DNA of 64,000 nucleotides from Octopus vulgaris (Eukaryota): NCBI GenBank assembly GCA_951406725.2, contig OX597835.1, positions 2,418,001 to 2,482,000 of the forward strand, read 5' to 3'. Shown piece by piece: positions 28,335 to 42,699 of this stretch (position 1 is its first letter; each line of letters starts with the position of its first letter). The notes under the pieces were generated by a model. It saw only the letters and a program-made list of their open reading frames with translations, ran no database searches and was not told where the DNA came from. The position numbers and the translations under genes were made by a program.

Positions 28335-28540
28335 CAATATAGACAGGTATTCTTCGGAACACGGTTGGCATCTCCTTGACGGTGTTGTACAGACTTGCAT
28401 GTTTAATTATTGACCAGGTCAGGTCGCATTTGACCTTCTCTTCTTTGAGTTTCCAGATGAAATCGGCCAGAAATGTCGAATGTTGTTCATTTACCTTTTT
28501 GAAGCAGGTGATGTGATTTCTGTATCGATTTTTGTTCTTA
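28335..28540 (-). mobile_element. Penelope-like GIY-YIG remnant
   Basis: RYRNHITCF..HSTFLADFIWKLK..WSII, same pattern as the 55318-56106 ORF. Confidence 0.65.
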
Positions 28541-29066
28541 ATTATTCAAGAAATGAACTGACACAGAATGAACTCTTTTGTGATAAATTTATTATTGTTC
28601 AAGTAATACCAGATTCGTCTCCGTTTTTTTATCCCCCCCCCCCATAAACTCATGTTAAATGCTGTAATCTGAAACCTTAAGCAATTAGCAAGCTGGTTTA
28701 CATTACTCTGTATTTTTAGCTTTGGGACAAAAAGTCGACAAATTTGAACTGGTACTGTTTACATCTCACTTGTCTCCAAATATTGCATAAAAGCGGTTTT
28801 GTTTCCTCTTGTTCATAGAGTAACACTAATCCCTTCTAAGTAACGTGACATGCAACAAAGAATCGTAACTCCTAAACCCACTCCGTATCACGCATCTTCT
28901 TCATACGAATTGTTCAATGAACGTTGATATGTTTCAGCAACTTTCGTGTCTATACTTTGAAATATAGCTTTATATGATATCGAAACTCGGTTTAATTGCT
29001 ATTTGTTGCTGATTTGGATTACTTTGAATTATGATTATCGCAACACCCAGGCCAGGCGGATCTACT

Positions 29067-29298
29067 CTACAGGTGAAAAGAAGAAAGTAAAGAAATGCTT
29101 ATACATATATAATTACATATTGTTGTAGATTCTGCGCTAACCTCATAAAAGAAAGATTGCACGCATGCGCACTTCATCCAGTAAACATTACAAACACAAG
29201 CATGGCCCTGGCAGCACGTGCTCTCTGGTGTCTTCTCAATGGGACTACATGACTGATGCCATCTGGCGCATATTACCGCTTGTCTCTTGCTTTTGGCT
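29067..29298 (-). CDS. Gene D, coding exon 3: AKSKR|QAVICARWHQSCSPIEKTPESTCCQGHACVCNVYWMKCACVQSFFYEVSAESTTICNYICISISLLSSFHL*
   Basis: ttattttcag|A, phase 2; KR site; framework C-x6-C-x10-CC-x4-CxC-x6-CxC; hydrophobic tail. Confidence 0.88.
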
Positions 29299-30097
29299 CT
29301 GAAAATAAATAAATAAATATTTCTTGGGAATAGGACGCATCGTAGTCTTTCCAATTATCAGGGTACATACCTGTATAACTGGAGAGATTGAAGAGTTTTA
29401 ATGCATGAATAGGCTAAGTGTAAATGGAAACGCTTATGGGTATTGGAAGGAAATTCGAAGCATATGCGTAAGCTAAGTGGAGGAGATGGATGTTAGGAGT
29501 GGAGATAGAATTGGTAGAGATTTGTCATGTGTTAATCATGTGGACATGACTAGAAATTATGAAGGTTGTCTTTACAGGTGACTGCTTACAGAACCTGTCG
29601 TTGTCATTAGATATGCATTTCAATATATGAGTGGTGAAGCAAATTATAATTATACTCATAATCAGAATTCTTGTATAAGTTTGCCGATAATGATTGTTTT
29701 AACATACCGAACTACTTAGTAAAATCATTAATTATTAATTAATTAATCAATTAATTTTACCCTTTATTATTATTGATAATATAATTCTCTCCCTGATAGT
29801 AAACTGCAGTTTCTGTGGTATTTTGCTCGTTGGCACACGTGAGTGAATAAGGAGGAATACGAGATCTCATTCGTCTGTTTGAATTCGGTATTATTGGTCT
29901 TTGGATATATGATGTTTGATGTCGCTTGGTCAAATACGTTTGTTAATTTTCAGTGCTCTCAAATTTAAAATTTGGAATACTGTATTGATGAGGAGAGTGA
30001 GTGAGTAGAAATATGATTTTACATTTTTCACATCTCTCTAACTCCGAAACGCGTATACAGTTAATCAGAGTCGGGTAGATTCATTATTTTTTTCTCT

Positions 30098-30433
30098 TTA
30101 TCTGCGTGAGTAGACAGCATTGGAAAATTTATTTAATATCGAGGAGTTGTGTAGACGGAGAATAATTAATGACTCTTTTAAGCATATCTTGCATCTGCCT
30201 ATCTTTGTATTATAAGGAAGAGCTACTCTTATACTGGACGAAGTCAAGGTATATTGCCTGTTTTGTGATTTAAGATAATGTATGCGTGTAGCCAATGATG
30301 TCGAGAATTTGTATTTTATCTTAGTGAAAGAACTTAAGTGAGCCCTGTATTGCCGTTTAAAATCTATGGTGATACTTATGTATGTCCTTGTTTGGTGTTT
30401 ACTTGGTGTTTCCACAAGACATTCATAAACCAC
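30098..30433 (-). mobile_element. Penelope-like GIY-YIG remnant in intron 2 of gene D
   Basis: VYECLV..TYIS..FKRQYRAHLSSF..STSLATRIHYLK..CKICLKE. Confidence 0.75.
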
Positions 30434-30574
30434 ATTTTTACCCAGACAGAAGCCTCTAAGCGGGCATGCATTAGGTATACGACAATTACAGGTTTTTCTT
30501 ATTGTTCTACCAAACTCAGAAAAGAGATTTTACCAATACTAATAACGATACAATTGCCAATGTATAATTCTTAC

Positions 30575-30629
30575 CTTCTTGTCACGTTTTCACTTTGTCT
30601 TTCTAGCAACTCTTCAGGCAAAGCCAAAT
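30575..30629 (-). CDS. Gene D, coding exon 2 (propeptide): DLALPEELLERQSENVTR(R)
   Basis: gtttccag|AT...AG|gtaaga; 55 nt, phase 1/2. Confidence 0.85.
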
Positions 30630-30749
30630 CTGGAAACATTATAAATAATTAAATAATTTAGGTATCCCAAATTTATCCATAAGCTTGGCAGCTTGAGTAA
30701 AGAGACGAGCTACAGAAATGAGTGTCACATCAAAGGTGTCAATACGTAT

Positions 30750-32480
30750 TCACAATCAGTGTTGTCGTAGTAGTTTGGTAGTTTCTGTAAGTGGGTCAGC
30801 TCCACCGTGTGTCTGTACATGGGCCTAGATCCCATCCAATGGATCCTGACATCAGATGTATCTCTTAGCCTGCATAATCCGAAACAAAATATCATGCGCT
30901 CTAAACTGAACAGATGTTTCTTTGCATAATACGGTCCGGTTAGTTACACCGTAGAGACAATGTAGGTATTAGCCGCTCTCGCCCAATCGTTCACGGACAG
31001 TTTCTCAGAACTGCCTCGATTCTGAAGTGTTTGACATCATAATATTACTTGTGGTGAACGCCCTTCACCGTCTTCAACTTTGTGGTAATTGTTCTAGCGC
31101 AAAGATTGGTGGAACCCTTGACGTACTTGGCGCACGATAAAACGACTCGAAGAGATCCTCACTTAATTTGACCACTGAACAGACAGAGCTGTACATTTTA
31201 GTTATCCAAAGGAGGGCTTGAATTCGTAGGTCTTTAGGACAGTTACCAGATAACTTTACACGACATTGTCATAAACTTTAAAATTATCTAATCTTATCAG
31301 CATCCCACGAAATCCATATTTATTTCTGACGTCTGTGCGATATACTATATGAGATAGCAATTATTCTAGATAGAAAGATCCTTCCAAGCATCGCGAATTG
31401 TGTGAGTCTCCGATTACGTTATGGAAGACAGATGATATTATCTCGACGAGTCTTCGTGAAAATCTTCAATTCCATGTTTATTTATCGAATTTATTTAGAT
31501 TCTACATTGGTAAAAAATCATCATTTCCCAATTCACACTATTGGCAATGCTTACCGTACGTTTCTAGCTGCTTTAGATGGTTAGCAAGACAGTAACAAGC
31601 TTTCAGGATATGTAGTAAGGAAGACTATCCCGCTCCAACTATTTGTCGGAAGCGGTTCAGGAGACCCACCATCTTTATTGAAATCAAGTTTTGGAAGCGC
31701 TCTAGTTTTTGTGATCAACAATCAAACTATCGACTTGGCATCGATATCCACCGTCTTAGCTCGTCACCATAAGTTTTGTAAAATGTCGCTAAAATGCCTC
31801 ACAAATCTGCTGCAGTCCTTCAGAGACTTTTATTTCTTTTACTTGTTTCGGACAGAGGCTGGGTCAGAAAACTTAATTTCTTGAAATGCTTCTTCTATGG
31901 ATCTCTTCTAATCGATATACAAGCGTCTTCTCTATTCTCTCTTGCTGCTACTTTGCTAAATCTTACGTATGTTTCTTTAATTTCCCTCTTAATGAGTCCA
32001 ACGCCTGTTGCCGATTGTTGCCCCTACTAGGTCTACTTAAGAAGTTTGAATATCAGTTCTCTGAAATTTATATGCGCCTTTATCTTCCAGTAAACGGGGT
32101 CCGATCTATTTGTTTTCATCTGTTGGCTGCACAAATCACGAATTTGTGGCCTGCTAAGCCAATCATCTGAAACTGTAGATAATTTATCCAAACTTGATTG
32201 GCTAACCTGATTAGTGACCTTGATTACCCATGAGATACTCCCCGAGTTACAGTTGGTACATTAACGAAATCAAAATGATAACATTCAGTTAACTGGAAAC
32301 AAAAATTTTAAACACACCTATCCGATCGAGTCCTTTAGCACAAATCCTTACGAACATCAAAGTCACCCACTAGAACTAATGAGTTACATGTTTCCGGAGA
32401 AAGTTTCTGCAGAAGTTAAGAGAAAACAGCTGACCACACCTCTCATTTGGATGTAAACTTGTCTGAAGGCATCGCTGTCA
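30750..32480 (-). mobile_element. Highly degenerate L1/Tx1-like LINE RT remnant in intron 1 of gene D; boundaries approximate
   Basis: Remnant motifs LIRLDNFKVYDNV (LD..KAFD-like) and VRQG on the minus strand; many stops. Confidence 0.45.
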
Positions 32481-32862
32481 CCCTCACATGATTATTGGCT
32501 TACTCTCTGGGCTTGGAGAGATTGTACTTAATTCTAGACCCAGGCGTATACCAAACAGCAAAGAAATCTTGTAGCCGGCCAAAATATGTGCGTAACAGCT
32601 AAGTAGCTGAAAGGCTGGGCGGATGTATAGATTGATAGCAAGTTAAAAATTCAATAATTTCATATAGTGGAGAGTTGCAAGGACTGGAAAGGTCCTTGCT
32701 GTTAGCCTTCTCTTGACATTTGACTGCGCATGAGTAACAAATCCACAACAATCCCACTCACTCAAATTCTCTCTTGCTTCAACTTCTACTCACTCTTCAC
32801 TTCCTCTCTTTGTCTCTTCTCTCTCAGTTTCCATCAAGAGGCAGGGAATATTGTGTACTTAC

Positions 32863-32932
32863 CTTGCTTGTGCGAAAAAGTTACTAAAATGAATGCAGAA
32901 ATGTAGAAACAGCGAACATAAACAGTATTCAT
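32863..32932 (-). CDS. Gene D, coding exon 1 (signal peptide): MNTVYVRCFYISAFILVTFSHKQ
   Basis: gacag|gttcgcgATG ... AAGCAAG|gtaagt; 70 nt, phase 1. Joined CDS 70+55+232=357 nt gives 118 aa. Confidence 0.85.
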
Positions 32933-33659
32933 CGCGAACCTGTCGGTATAAAAAGTCAACAATTAGAAATATTGAAAACATGGAGATAAAGCTGGCATCT
33001 ATGGAAACAGGTAAGGAAATGAATGAAAGTTTTCATGCATGAATTTGATAATCTTTGCACATTACCAATATTCAACTGATTATGTTTGCAAACTTTGTAT
33101 AAGCTGCAAACTTTGTATAAGCGGCTTACTTTGTTTGAAAATACCAGCTTGTCAAGACTAATATTTGGGCATTTAGTAACATAGACAAATAATTATATAT
33201 ATCAAAGTGTAAATGTATAATTAGGCTAGAAAAGCTCTTTGTTTAGTATCAGTTGAGTATAAATATTCTTTTTCTTACTAATTTTGAAAAGAAAAAATGC
33301 TCACAGCTAGAGAACATCTGGCATGTACAGACTGTATACAGTTTTTCTATTACTGTAAATAATTATGTCTCAAGTTGTTGGACATTTCGATGCGTACGTT
33401 CCTCCAATATTTTTTGTGTGAAACATATGTACTCAACCATAAGTATTTTATACATTTATCAAAGTGCAATGTTTCCTGCAGATTGCATTGTATATAGTTT
33501 TGGCGACATCATAATACATTGGAACGTGGTCGGCATTTGTTTTTGTCGACTCATTGTTATTGTGTTTGCAATTGCTTGATTAGTATGAGGGAGAAAGTAA
33601 AATTTGGCTGTTTCTTACCTGTACTTCTGTTTTGCAGGTGAAATTAGTTTGCATTTCGC

Positions 33660-34100
33660 TGACCCAAATCCCACAACACACCATCATAAAAGACAACCCA
33701 AATCTATAAAAAGCGTTATCACAGGCGGAAATACACCCAATGATAGGACTAACATTAACAAAGTGTAGAAAATCTGACTGTGGACTGTGTTTTAGTCTAA
33801 CGGAAGGATCGGTGATCTGCTTTAATCAAGAACACAATTCAGGATATGAAATACAATATAACTTCCCCTGCGCATCTGGAAACTTAATAACATGCTTAGT
33901 ATGTAGAAAAAGCTGCATGGGACAGACCCCGATGTCATTAAGTCAACGCATGACTCTGCATAGATCACAATACGGCAAAGCAAGCAAATAGGATCCGGTG
34001 AACATATAGACGTATGTGCGGATGAAAAGCAACGGAAATTTACGATCCTAAAAGATAACATCAGCTTTTAAAGCGAACGACACCGGTAACATATTTTGAC
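33660..34100 (+). mobile_element. Penelope/Neptune-like Zn-linker and GIY-YIG remnant
   Basis: KCRKSDCGLC..NFPCASGNLI..C..C.GQT..LSQRMTLHRS. Confidence 0.7.
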
Positions 34101-34283
34101 GAAAATGCAAATACTTCCTTTTGTCCATGATAAAAGTTCTCAAAGCATTTTCGTCACGTTGTTTTTCTAATATAAATTTCTTCGTGTGAAATGAAACTTT
34201 CTGAGGACATCCATTAGATCTATCTATCTACCTACCTACCTACCTACCTACCTACCTACCTACCTACCTACCTACCTACCTAC

Positions 34284-34352
<69 letters not shown>

Positions 34353-34764
34353 CATCCATCCATCCATCCATCCATCCATCCATCCATCCATCCGTCCGTC
34401 TGTCTGTCTGCATGCCTGCCTGTCCGTCTGTCTGTCAGATAGATTGATAAATATAGATATTGACCTAGATGTGTGTGTATGATATATATCCTGTGTGTAC
34501 GACAGCTACTGTTTAGTTTGTAGCACCACGTAGATTATCGTCATCCAGTCTGCGTCCAGTGTAATGGTTATGTCACGGCTATACTTAGTAGAATTGCTAG
34601 TAATGACATACAGAGTAAATAGAAGAGAAATTACGATAAGTACAAGTGTATATTATTTATTCATACGTACGTTTCTTCCTTGTGGATGTTTGAAAATTCC
34701 GAATTGGATGTTCTAAGCGCAATTCGATGCTTAACACAAACGGGTCATCAGGGAATCGCAGTTC

Positions 34765-34833
<69 letters not shown>

Positions 34834-35950
34834 GTACACATATGTATAGATGCAACGTCGTCCGCGTATGTCGGGGGCACTAATATTCGTCTATTTATTT
34901 CCTTTTTCTACTCGTAAAGCATTCAAGGTCACTTCGTTCTTGTGCATCAACTTCAAATCCACTTCTCTGCTGCTCAGTTCAACAAGTAAACTGTTCCTTT
35001 TCACCACCACCACCACCACCACCACCACCACCACCGCCGCCGCCGCCGACAGCGCCTCTACGCAGTCTGTATTACCATTACTAACCATAATTCAAGCGAA
35101 TAATTTAAGCCATACACATACTTGTTATACTCACAGTATACTGCGTAAGTAAACTGCATTCACTTGTGCAAATTTGTGTTCCTTGATGATCCTTAAACAA
35201 AGTGGGTTCACCGTGCATGACCGAAGCATTCATCTACTCTGAGCTCCACCGTTTCCTATTTTATCTCCCAGTTCGGTCATTCTCCTACGTTTCTAGTTCT
35301 TAGTAACACGAAATATTTCCTCATTTTACATAAGTTTTTGAATTAGTAATAAAAATGGTCATATCGCAGCATGTTTTACAGTTATTAAATTTATGTCTTC
35401 AGTTATTCATTAAAGATGTCACAATGGAAAAAAGGCAGCTGCCTCATGTTCCTGTGTGTGTACAAAGAAATATCGATTTCTCAAAACGACCATAAAACCT
35501 GAAGATGTTTTACAGAGTATATGGAGTGCGGTCGAGTTATTTTGTAGGGTAGCATTTGTATTTAATATATGTTGTTTGGAGATAGGTCTCTGTTTTGTTT
35601 CTTTTAAGGATTAGACAAAGATTGTCTAAATCAGTGGGTGTCAACCACTTTTTGCCTGTGGACCCTTTTGATTCTTATTTGACTCTAGTGGACCCTCTTA
35701 TGTATTCAGTGTTGAAATAAGTCCTATTATATTGTTATACTCTCTTTTACTTGTTTCAGTCATTTGACTGCGGCGGCCATGCTGGAGCACCGCCTTTAGT
35801 CGAGAAAATCGACCACAGGACTTATTCTTTGTAAGCCTAGTACTTATTCTATCGGTCTCTTTTGCCGAACCGCTAAGTTACGGGTACGTAAACACACCAG
35901 TATCGGTTGTCAAGCGATGTTGGGGGGGACACAAAGACAGACACATACAC

Positions 35951-36018
<68 letters not shown>

Positions 36019-38302
36019 GCACACATATTGGGATAAGTAAAAAATTTCTGCACTTTTTCAATAGATTTTTTAGTGTTAGGGTTGAGGTTAGGGTTAGGAT
36101 TACGGTTAGAGTTTAGGTTTTAGCGTTAAAGTTAGAATTTATAATGAAGAATACAAGTGCCTTGAAGTACTACAGGACAAAAGTGTAATGAAGAGATATG
36201 ACAGAAAAAACTTCTAAAGAGTGCAAGAGAAGAATTAGGTGCATGCGACAAAACTTAAATGCAAGGAATATAAAAGCAATGAATATATAGGCTATGTCGG
36301 CGTTAAGATACTATTCTCCTTTTCTAAAATAAACACAAATCTAGGGGGATTTAGAAAGAACTAGAAAGCTGCGAACACTGCACAACGTACACCAATTTGA
36401 ATGAAATATCGACAGAATCTCGACCAAAACTGTTTGTAGGCAGAGGTTTTTTAAAACACAGAAGACACCATTAGTACTTGGAAGTATCGTATATTCCATT
36501 TCATCTTCCGTCTTACACGCACACACACATACCTATCCCTGCATCTATCTAGAATCTTCACTAATATAATAAAGAATCTCATCAGTAACATAGAGTGGCA
36601 TTTTCCCCCAACTTCATCAACAAACCATTATTCAATCAATAAAGCTATTCTAAATCGAATCCTTATAAGCGAGCGGTTGTTATGTTAAATCAAATACAGA
36701 GTAAAAGTGACATAAACTACCATCCGAATAAAGCGGGAAAAATACAATGCCACTCAACTCAGCCAAATTTTCGATGAAAATGAAGGAACCAATGCTGCGA
36801 AAATCTTCCTTACACTTTTCCTCTGACTATTCTGAACCGACCATAGTTACCACAAACTATTCAACAGTACCGGTACAGAAGTTATATCTATCTGCATACT
36901 GCATAAGAAATTAGTCATTACAGTTAAGCTACAATTTGCCACGTGACCTGACTACCAATATTTTCCAAATCAGATGGGTCTGCCACATGTAAAAACACTA
37001 AACTATAAGAATAAGTTATCCAAAAACGAAATATGCTGGATAACCGTATTTCAAGGACATACCAAAAATATATTATATCAGAAGTACATGCAACACTTTC
37101 AAAGACAGATACAATCAACACAGAAACTCATTTCGCAATACTTGTAGAAAGAAAACAATGTTTCTCAAAGTACATTTGGAATTTGAAGCATTTAGAAATT
37201 GAAATGAAAAGCGAGAGGGAGAGACAGACAGACAGACAGATAAATTAATTATACATTGATTAATTATAGACCGTGCCACAAATTTAGTTAAGGAGGATAT
37301 GTAATCGACACTCCTTGCACTATGTTTTTAAAGACTTGTGCTGTTTATTTACTTTTATTTGCTTTTTAAGAATTTTTTATTTGGTTGGAAACATTTAGTT
37401 TAATTACCTTGCAACTAATCAAATTATATGTACTTCTGATATCAGGATCACCCATTTCGTAACTAATGTGGTGGCACTTACTTATTCGTACAAACACACG
37501 CGCGCACACACACACATCCACACACATATATCTTGGCTTTCGCTGTGTTAGTTTATAAACTTTTCCAGAATAGATAACTAAATTTATCTAAATTGGGTTT
37601 AGTTATATGAAGTGTAAGTTTACACATATAGCGCTGCTTTTATACTTGCCAGCTGCGTCAACTGGCACACATAAATATATAAAGATATATTTCTCTTTGC
37701 TAGAAATGCAACATTAATTTACATGGACATGTATGAGTAAGAAAAAGCTACCAGTAACAATAAAAATGAAACAGCTTGCTATAGTAATCATAATTTTTAT
37801 TCTCGTCTTTACACAATTAAATTTGAAATAAATTATGCTGTTTCTGCCAGAAACATTGGATGAAAATGAAATACATAATTCAATATTAATATTCTACAGG
37901 AACTGGCAGAACGATTAGCGAGCTGGCAGAATCGTTACTGGCATCGTTACAGATTCGTTACTGGCGAGCTGGCATCGGACAAAATGCCTAGTGACATTTC
38001 TCCCGACATTGCCTTCTGGATTCAAATGTCACCGGGGTCGACTTTGCCTTTCATTCTTTCGAGGTCGATAAAATAAGTACCAGTTGAGCAGGGAGATTGA
38101 TGTAGACGACTTATGAAATACAACTCACAGAAGTTCCATTAGCCGAAAAATGCTTACCCCTTATCCAATATTAGTCATGGAAATCTGGAGTCCCATCTTT
38201 GTGTTTTGATTGCTAAATATGTCTCAAAAACGATGTGGTGTCCTTCGGATGACAAATACAGGATTGTAATTTGTATGGTAGAATATATGAAGTATCATTA
38301 TT

Positions 38303-38375
<73 letters not shown>

Positions 38376-38889
38376 CTATTAGGGAGTATATCCAAACTTA
38401 CAGGGAAAAATTAGATTTAGGATTAAATCAAATTTCACAGTATAAATATAAATTAAATTAGAGATAAAACCTCTATTAGGCAAATCAAACAGTGATAGAC
38501 ATAAACCAAAACGTTATTTGTAAGTTATTACCTAGCCAACGAGATATATAACAAAAAGACACACATAAACTCAAACACACGCACACACACACACACACAC
38601 TCACACACATACACGCACACACACACACGCACACACACACACATACACACACTCAATCACACGCACACATACATATTGGGATAAGTAAAAAATTTCTGCA
38701 CTTTTTCAATAGATTTTTTTAGGGTTAGGTCAGGGTTAGGATTACGGTTAGGGTTTAGGTTTTAGCGTTAAAGTTAGAATTTATAATGAAGAATACAAGT
38801 GCCTTGAAGTACTACAGGACAAATAGTCATACGGTTCTTTTCAGATAGGTTATACGTTCATAATTATACGTGTGCCAAAAAAGATCAGG

Positions 38890-39007
38890 AAATATTGAGA
38901 GCAAAGTTGAGAAAGAGAGAAGAATACGAAAACTGGTGCAAACAAACATCGATGTTCTTCTCTTGATAACTAACACTATTTATAGAAATACCGGTCGAAA
39001 TTAACAA
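38890..39007 (+). other. Candidate non-coding 5' exon of gene E; homologous donors at 58744 (+, G), 51177 (-, F) and 35121 (-, D); start approximate
   Basis: Every signal exon has an AG 7 nt before its ATG, implying an upstream exon. The motif TAACAA/C|GTATGT recurs upstream of D, E, F and G on the matching strand. Confidence 0.5.
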
Positions 39008-40178
39008 GTATGTAACATTTCAATTATTCATTGTGACTATATGTAAATTAGTATGAACAATGCATAGAATGTTATGGTAATGATGGTGCTTTGTAGAGGT
39101 AGAATGTGTGCTTATAAGCTCGATTTATTTGTTGTCTGTGTGCATGTGTAGAACCCATGATCCTCAATCAGACAGAATACTCTTAACGATTTAAAAATTT
39201 TCGCTTTACAAATCATCGACTGTATTTTCAGAATATGCATCATTTTACTTCTTTCTTTTTGGATAAATTCCAGCTTTTCTAGTTTTCCTTTTTTGGCTAA
39301 TGAAAATCGGTTGTTCAGAAACAAATGAAAATATTGTTGTTGTTGTTGTTGTTGTTGTTTGTTCCGTCTCGAGCCACTCCTGGCTCATAAGGGCCGGTTT
39401 CCCGGTTTCCTTGGCGTATAGGTTCCCCTCCTGGACGGGATGCCGGTCCGTCACAGGTGAGCTGCAAGATGCAGGAAGAAAGAGTGAGAGAAGGTTGTGG
39501 CGAAAGAGTCAGCAGAAGTTCGCCATTACCTTCTGCCGGAGCTGCGTGGAGCTTAGGTGTTTCGCTCATAAACACACACATCGGCCGGTCTGAGATTCGA
39601 ACTCGCGATCCCTCGACCGCGAGTCCGCTACTCTAACCACTAGGCCATGTGCCTCCACAAGTGAAAATATTACTGTTGCATATTACAGCTTTATATTTCT
39701 GATTAGTTCTTGAAAATGTTCTCATTTTCCCACTATATCCACAGACAGCAATAAACATGCTTCTAAAACTTCATATCTACCTAGATTATAAATTTGCATT
39801 AGTGCTTAAAACTTTTGTTCCAATTAGTTATATTATTGAATATTTAGATGATAATTTAATGTCTTTGATAATATGTTCGATGGAGTAGAAACAACCTGTG
39901 TCTAAACAACAACTTGGAATATGCAGTGGTTTTCTGGAATCAGTTTATATTGACAGGTAAAAAGAAGGTATGCACATTATCGTGCGTTTATCCAAATGTT
40001 TCACGTCTCCAATAATGATCGTAGCCGTAACAGAGAACATAGATTTGATAATGTTTAAAAGGACTTTTTCTAATTACAACTTCTTGCTTTTTATATTACT
40101 TCTCACAACTGTTCTGTCTACATGAATTGATAATAATGAATAACATTGCAGAAATCGTGTTGTTGTCATATAGGTATA

Positions 40179-40243
<65 letters not shown>

Positions 40244-41724
40244 GTGTATACCTATGTATGCATGTATGTATATATGCATGTATGCATGCATACATGTATG
40301 TATGTATGTGTGTATGTATGTCATTATTCAGTTTATTTCAAAATTTCTTGCCAATAGAGAAAGAACCGGTTTCTAACCTAAATTCAAGTCCCCTTCATTG
40401 AAATTTCAACATCAACAACACGGTATTTTTGTTTGTATGTATGTATGTATTCTCATGCATATAATTGCATACCTAGACATGCTCATATATATTTTTTATA
40501 ACTTTTATCGTAGTTGCTCTGGAGGGATCTATTATCTGGCCCAAGTATTTGATTTTTTCATGAAGTGCTCGCATTTTTTTTTCCGTTAACATGAAACCAT
40601 ATTCTTGTCGAATACCCTTTTAGCGTGTTCTACATGTTCGTGGGATTCACTTTTTATTAGAGTAGCAAAATCACAGTCACCCAGCTTTGTATCCAATATT
40701 TGCTGAAATATGGAAGGAGCCACTTTTACACTGAAGGGACGCTGCTTAAGTTAAATGAGCCACGGTATGTATTGATGGTTAATAAATGTGAGCATTCTTC
40801 TTCTACTTGGATTTGTCAATATGCCACCGAGAGGTCTAGATTTGAAAAGAATTTCCCTCCATTTAATTTTGCTAATACTTCCTCAGGATTCGGCAGTTGT
40901 GTGAGATTAAGCAATCATTGAAACCTGTTGAAAAATCTGCATAAACTCTTTACTTGTTATTTTTCTTTTTTAAGTAAACCGCGCATGCTGTCCAATCTAC
41001 CTGGTCTGCCTTCTCGATTATTTCTAGATTTTAAAGTCTTTCATTCCTTGTTTACCTGGTCTATTGCCGCGAACGATACATTCCGTTTTGGCTTAAGTAC
41101 AGGTGTGGCATCTTGTTTCACTGCAATTTTTGCCTTTGTTTTCGTGCAAAAGCTCAGTTTTTCCGAGAAAATATCTTGAAATAAATGTTTCATTTTTCTG
41201 TTTCAATACCTCCGCCTATTCGAACCTTCGACTGAACCGACTATATTCTCCCACAGAGTCCGAGGTCGGCTTTGCCTTTCATCCTTTCGGGGTCGATAAA
41301 TTAAGTACCAGTTACGCATTGGGGTCGATGTAGTCAACTTAATTCCTTTGTCTGTCCTTGTTTGCCCCCTCTGTGTTTAGCCCCTTGTGGGTAGTAAAGA
41401 AATATATATTCTCCCACAGAACACTTATGGGCGTATTCCACAATTTGAATAGTTGAATAGATTAACTGAATTTTTTAGCAATTAAATTTTTGTCTTTTTC
41501 AGTTGGTCACGAAATGTTACATTACACACAAATTCACCGACAAAATACAATCTTCTACCCGTAACGCCATGTGCTACTTTTGTAGATTCATTTTATTTCG
41601 GTTTACCGATACACTTCCAAGATTTTCCGTTCACAATGGCATTCTCATGTCCAGTGTCCAACCGCAGTTTTAGTCTTACAATTTTCTCTTTGTTATATCG
41701 CCATCTTCTTTCAGCGACATACTC

Positions 41725-42147
41725 TCTCTCTTTTCTCTTTTACTCTTTTACTTGTTTCAGTCATTTGACTGCGGCCATGCTGGAGCATCGCCTTTAGTCG
41801 AGCAAATCGACTCCGGGACTTATTCTTTGTAAGCCCAATACTTATTCTATCGGTCTCTTTTGCCGAACCGCTAAGTGACGGGGACGTAAATACACCAGCA
41901 TCGGTTGTCAAACAATGCTAGGGGACAAACAGACACACAAACATATATACACACACACATATATATATATACATATATATACGACGGGCTTCTTTCAGTT
42001 TCCGTCTACCAAATCCACTCACAAGGCATTGGTCGGCCCGGGGCTATAGCAGAAGACACTTGCCCAAGATGCCACGCAGTGGGACTGAACCCGGAACCAT
42101 GTGGTTGGTTAGCAAGCTACTTACCACACAGCCACTCCTGCGCCTAT
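41725..42147 (-). mobile_element. SINE family 1
   Basis: Near-identical to 3632-4055. Confidence 0.85.
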
Positions 42148-42699
42148 GTTTATTCTTTTTCCTTTGTACAGTGCGCTTTTACCTGTTCAATATTTCCACA
42201 ACGGAAGCATTTTGCTTTGTTAAATGGATAGTTTTCCCTCAGATGTAGACCTTCACATGCAAAACATACGTTTTAGTCCTGATTCATGTCCTATTTGTAC
42301 TATATTTTAGCACACCCTGATTTCTATTCTATTGCGCATTTGTTTCACTTGGGGGCCATCCTTATGTTCAATTTTCTCTGTGTCGTGTCTCACTATTTCA
42401 CACTCTTTTGACACTTGTTATAAGAGTACAGCTTGGTTTTGTTCCAGCTTAGCGAGAATTCTCGTTCTTACTTCTGTGTCTGTCTCTGCAGTTAGCCCCT
42501 GAGTAAATATCTGGCACTTGAACATATCTGGCGTTAATTCGTCCAGCTTGAACTTTTCACATTCCATGTTAACTCTTACCAGCAAATGTGATGTAGTCCC
42601 CCTCTTTGTTCTTTTCCATGTTCAAACATTTCCAACGCGTTGAACAACGAGCTTTTCTCACTAAAAATTTTACACAATATGTCGATTTTATCTTTAAAG

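Noticed and set aside
33740-33991. Cys-rich ORF as another toxin-like peptide
   Set aside because: Pattern matches the Zn-linker and GIY-YIG region of Penelope-like elements; no CC, no KR site, no suitable acceptor.
36020-36180. TTAGGG-like tract (also 38670-38822) as an interstitial telomere
   Set aside because: Only a few degenerate units inside a short duplicated repeat; not a true telomeric array.
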